A stretch of DNA of 42,669 bases, taken from NCBI GenBank assembly GCA_964416895.1, contig CAYQGB010000003.1:1-42669 (forward strand). Direction: 5' to 3'. The position numbers were made by a program, and so were the translations under genes. Under the pieces are notes generated by a model. It searched no databases. It saw nothing but the letters and a program-made list of their open reading frames with translations, and was not told the DNA's origin. This DNA is from an uncultured Calditrichaceae bacterium. Lineage in GTDB: Bacteria > Calditrichota > Calditrichia > RBG-13-44-9 > J075. Positions 40,601 to 42,669 of this stretch are shown here, in pieces; position 1 is the stretch's first letter, and every line of letters begins with the position of its first letter.

Positions 40601-41967
40601 GTTTCCCGGAGGCAGTGGCCCATTTCGACGAAGTGCTGAAAGAATACGGGATCAAGCCCATGCGCCGCACCCCGATGAACGCAGTCCGATTTGTGAGCTA
40701 CCTGATCCGCACGGTGGTGTATCTGCTGTCGCCGATCCATGCGGCAGGGCGGCGGCCATCTCCCCGGGAGGTCGAGGCAGTGGAATTACAATACAAGCGC
40801 CTGGAAGCCCTCTCTCAGGCAGACCCCATCCGATTTCTGATGGAGGCCATGCGCCTGTTTGTGATGGCCAGGCGATGGAACTGGGAGGAAATTCCCGGCG
40901 GAGCGGGATATTTTGCCGGGGGCAGCGTGCTGTTCTCCGTGTCGGGCATCTCCCTCCAATTGAGTCACCGTTTTCTGGAATTGGCCCGTTCCCGATGGAA
41001 GCCCGGAGATGTGAAATCCCGGATGATGTTCAGCACCTTCGAGAAGATCTATCAGTTTTTGATGGGGCGCTGGGATGAAGGGCAGGAGATTGACGAGGCG
41101 CTGGTGGAAGAGGGGCTGCGCCGGGGAGAGGTATTTATGGTGTTGCTGTATCTGTTGTTCTGCTTCCGGATGGCCGTGGATCAGGGGGTATTCTCCCGGG
41201 GAGAGGAGATGTTAGCCCGCATTCAGGCCTTCAGCGAGGAGTATGACTACGAACTGGGGCGGGTATCGGTTATGCTGGCAAGGCTCTATTTACAGACCGG
41301 CCGGGGAGAATATCGGGAAATTCTGGCGCAGGTGAACCAGACGCTGGAGATGGCGGAGCGTTCCGGTATTACCCTGTTTCAACTGCCTTTGCTGGGAATG
41401 AAGACGGAGGCGGCCACGGCATTGCGGGAGTGGGCCACGGCGGAAACCACCCTGGCCGAGGCCGCCCGCCTGATTCCCCACTCCGGGCTGATCGGCAATC
41501 ACCGGGCATTCTACTATACCGCCCGATTTGGCTATTACCTCACCCGATGGGAAACCGTTCTCGGTCAGGGGAGTGCCGGCGACCCCGGAGAGCGGGAAGC
41601 CCTCCGCAAAAAGGCGCATCGCTGTGGCCGTCAGGCGCTGCGTTCTTCTCGCACCCTGCTTCAGGCGAAGCTGATTAACCTGAAGCGAATGGGTACCCTG
41701 TTCTGGCTGGAGGGGAAACCCCGGCGGGCGGGGAATTGTTGGCTTCGGGCGCTGCGTCTGGCCCGGCGGGTGGGGGCGCGCCCGGTGGAAGCACGCCTGT
41801 GTCGGGAAATCGGCGCCCGGCTGCTGGAGCCAAAAGCGCCGGTGCGGGACATCGGTGGGGACAACGCCGAAGTGTATTTGCAGCAGGCTGTTCAATTGTT
41901 TGAAGAACTCCATCTCCACCGGGAACGGGAGGAGGTGGAGCGGCTGCTGGAGCAGGTGCATGGGTGA
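37669..41967 (+). CDS. multidomain Ser/Thr protein kinase - class III cyclase-homology (degenerate) - P-loop NTPase (AAA_16-like) - helical/TPR-like repeats
   Basis: Kinase: GQGGMGVLYKA, HRDIKPANIM, DFGLAR, APE. Cyclase-like: ATILAVEICA...GGQVFQVGGNTLSAIFGLP...RIGLDTGRVVV. P-loop GEAGIGKSRL and Walker B VLEDLQWAD. Alternative start ATG at 37687. Confidence 0.9.
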   Translation: MLTERAMKDLPSTHCGHYQILERIGQGGMGVLYKARDVRLGRLVVLKFLPHGLEQDEKARQRFLQEARAASALDHPNICVIHEIDETDEGQLYIAMAYYTGQTLKERLEQQPLSVPEAVEIARQICAGLEEAHRHGVIHRDIKPANIMLTASGLVKIVDFGLARVEGTRITESHTTLGTLAYMAPEQLRGEEVGPAADIWALGVVLYEMITGRLPFSQTTRPALTYAILNQSPLPPEEFCPEVPSSLSRLVLQCLHKSPELRPATAGEIARQLEALWASPVPEASLSPEPPPPPVREREQRQATILAVEICARPAEEGPEAEETAEQVADALEVLRNIVARHGGQVFQVGGNTLSAIFGLPVAAEGTVGKALRAATEMRRAFASGRVSPASEMALNCRIGLDTGRVVVEREGGDPPQFREVLGNPVVRATHLMNAAPAGGIFLSAAVEKPARRKYRCRPEKTVPVAGLARGIRAFALEEALPEPAAATSAPMAPPLIGRERERETLLLHLLKVTHGEGSIVAVTGEAGIGKSRLVAEVKRSSHAGGVMLLEGQAMSQGRNWSYHLFVDLFQRWAGIANPDDRGQQWSKLRGLLERVYPERAEEVLPFLGRLLQVELPPEASERIRGIEGAALERLMVKHLRKLFGHCAVRKPLVMVLEDLQWADNSSLELLEGLFRLVEFHPILFILVLRSGVSARAHQVLETLKQQYSGEYRGAFFREIPLAPLEPSQCERLIRHLVEPGEMESGIRRAIVARTGGNPLFIEEVIRSLMDPPVGEALPDLPQEPLSIPNTIQEMLLARVDRLDDAARRVLKTAAVMGQQFLYRVLREVVGEAADEAVLNRLVEWQLLETEEVGGERRYRFRHALVQEAVYQSILPGRRRELHRQVARAVGKCLREDVPEYYGMLAYHYTRAGDAENAEACLIQAGEQALKAAASHEALRYSQEALRIYRRRFGKSADREKILLLERNIALAFYYRGRFPEAVAHFDEVLKEYGIKPMRRTPMNAVRFVSYLIRTVVYLLSPIHAAGRRPSPREVEAVELQYKRLEALSQADPIRFLMEAMRLFVMARRWNWEEIPGGAGYFAGGSVLFSVSGISLQLSHRFLELARSRWKPGDVKSRMMFSTFEKIYQFLMGRWDEGQEIDEALVEEGLRRGEVFMVLLYLLFCFRMAVDQGVFSRGEEMLARIQAFSEEYDYELGRVSVMLARLYLQTGRGEYREILAQVNQTLEMAERSGITLFQLPLLGMKTEAATALREWATAETTLAEAARLIPHSGLIGNHRAFYYTARFGYYLTRWETVLGQGSAGDPGEREALRKKAHRCGRQALRSSRTLLQAKLINLKRMGTLFWLEGKPRRAGNCWLRALRLARRVGARPVEARLCREIGARLLEPKAPVRDIGGDNAEVYLQQAVQLFEELHLHREREEVERLLEQVHG

Positions 41968-41983
41968 GGTATTCCCAATTAAA

Positions 41984-42011
41984 GAGTAAAGACGAAAGAT
42001 GAAAGATTAAA
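41984..42011. repeat. GANNAAA heptamer tract
   Basis: gagtaaa gacgaaa gatgaaa gattaaa. Confidence 0.55.
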
Positions 42012-42116
42012 TGACAGGGCGGTTATCAAAAAGCGGATTTTCCGTCTGAAAGCGTATATTCTCTTGTTTGTGAGGGTGAGATTTCCCAAATTATCAGAAA
42101 ATCAGGAGGTTCCGGT

Positions 42117-42398
42117 ATGGATTATCGCAAAATCATTACCATTGAGCCGGGAAAACGAGGGGGAAAGCGCTATCAATTCGTTATCTGCATTGATAACTCC
42201 AATTATCCGGCTTCTCTGGAGCTTTTTAAGGTGTATCGAATGTTACCGGATGAAGATGCCGAAAAAGACGGGGATTTGCGGATCATTGACGAATCCGGGG
42301 AGGATTATCTTTATCCGGCAGACCTGTTTGTGATCATCGACTTACCGGAGGCGGTAACCCGACGAATGATAGCACAGGACGCCCCTGCCGCTTCTTAG
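42117..42398 (+). CDS. small conserved hypothetical protein
   Basis: AGGAGG 7 nt upstream of the ATG. An acidic core (RIIDESGEDYLYPADLF) that I believe recurs in small uncharacterised proteins. Followed by the weak hairpin CCGGT-tctt-ACCGG plus a T-rich tail. Confidence 0.5.
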   Translation: MDYRKIITIEPGKRGGKRYQFVICIDNSNYPASLELFKVYRMLPDEDAEKDGDLRIIDESGEDYLYPADLFVIIDLPEAVTRRMIAQDAPAAS

Positions 42399-42592
42399 TT
42401 TGCCGGTTCTTACCGGTGGGTTTTCTATCTCCCCGGCATCCTCCGGCGAGCGAGAATCTGATGATACAGGAAACTATAACGTAGAAATTTACCCGGCAGA
42501 GAAACGCAAGAATTGTATCCTCATCGAGTATATTTCTCCCATCCCTGTTACACGATCTTTCACTATCCCGCCGTTATTCTGGAGGAAAAAGC

Positions 42593-42669
42593 GTGGATCC
42601 GTCTATCACCAACCTGGAAGAACAACTTCGAGATCTGCAACATCTGACCCACATTTTGCAAAACATCTG
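42593..42669 (+). CDS. possible 5' end of a gene running off the right edge
   Basis: GTG at 42593 with GGAGG 7 nt upstream. Open to the end of the window (DPSITNLEEQLRDLQHLTHILQNI). Confidence 0.3.
   Translation, partial: MDPSITNLEEQLRDLQHLTHILQNI

Noticed and set aside
42117-42170. DUF433 assignment for the 93-aa protein, based on ITIEPGKRGGK
   Set aside because: Only a short N-terminal stretch resembles the DUF433 start, and the remainder does not fit. Left as hypothetical.

Overview
GC-rich bacterial window. Every CDS from the left edge to 37369 is on the minus strand. The core (3034-26809) is a large cytoplasmic sulfur-oxidation cluster. It holds a sulfur-oxidising heterodisulfide-reductase-like set (shdrC1-B1-A, an shdrH-like ORF and a fused HdrC/B 'sHdrB3-like' protein) flanked by two GcvH-like lipoate-binding proteins (LbpA). 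A dedicated lipoate-assembly module is present: two LplA-type ligases and two LipS1/LipS2-like radical SAM enzymes. A third, orphan radical SAM sits between that module and etfB. The cluster also carries etfBA plus a membrane Fe-S oxidoreductase (Emo-like), a TusA/DsrE sulfur relay, soxYZ, a Tat-exported FccB-like flavoprotein paired with a Rieske protein, and a YeeE/YedE transporter. By gene content this matches what I recall as the type II sHdr-LbpA system with the sLpl(AB)-LipS1/S2 lipoylation route. That assignment rests on motifs and synteny, not on searches. To the right lie two sigma-54-type two-component systems: one in an operon with a PhnD-like binding protein and a cupredoxin, the other with a Cys-rich PAS kinase. 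Further right are a three-gene wHTH / C2H2-zinc-finger / unknown operon and a 1432-aa Ser/Thr kinase fused to a degenerate cyclase, a P-loop NTPase and a helical repeat region. Left of the core are a FadL/TodX porin, a tandem DUF302-like exported protein and a truncated AAA-ATPase-like gene. Intergenic DNA is unusually structured. It contains several families of 7-nt-periodic repeats forming long inverted repeats, an 89-bp tandem repeat, three copies of a perfect 16-bp palindrome, REP/MITE-like nested hairpins, and near-identical duplications of the etfA 3' end. One good sigma-54 promoter candidate lies upstream of the tusA operon. No rRNA, tRNA, CRISPR array or transposase gene was recognised.
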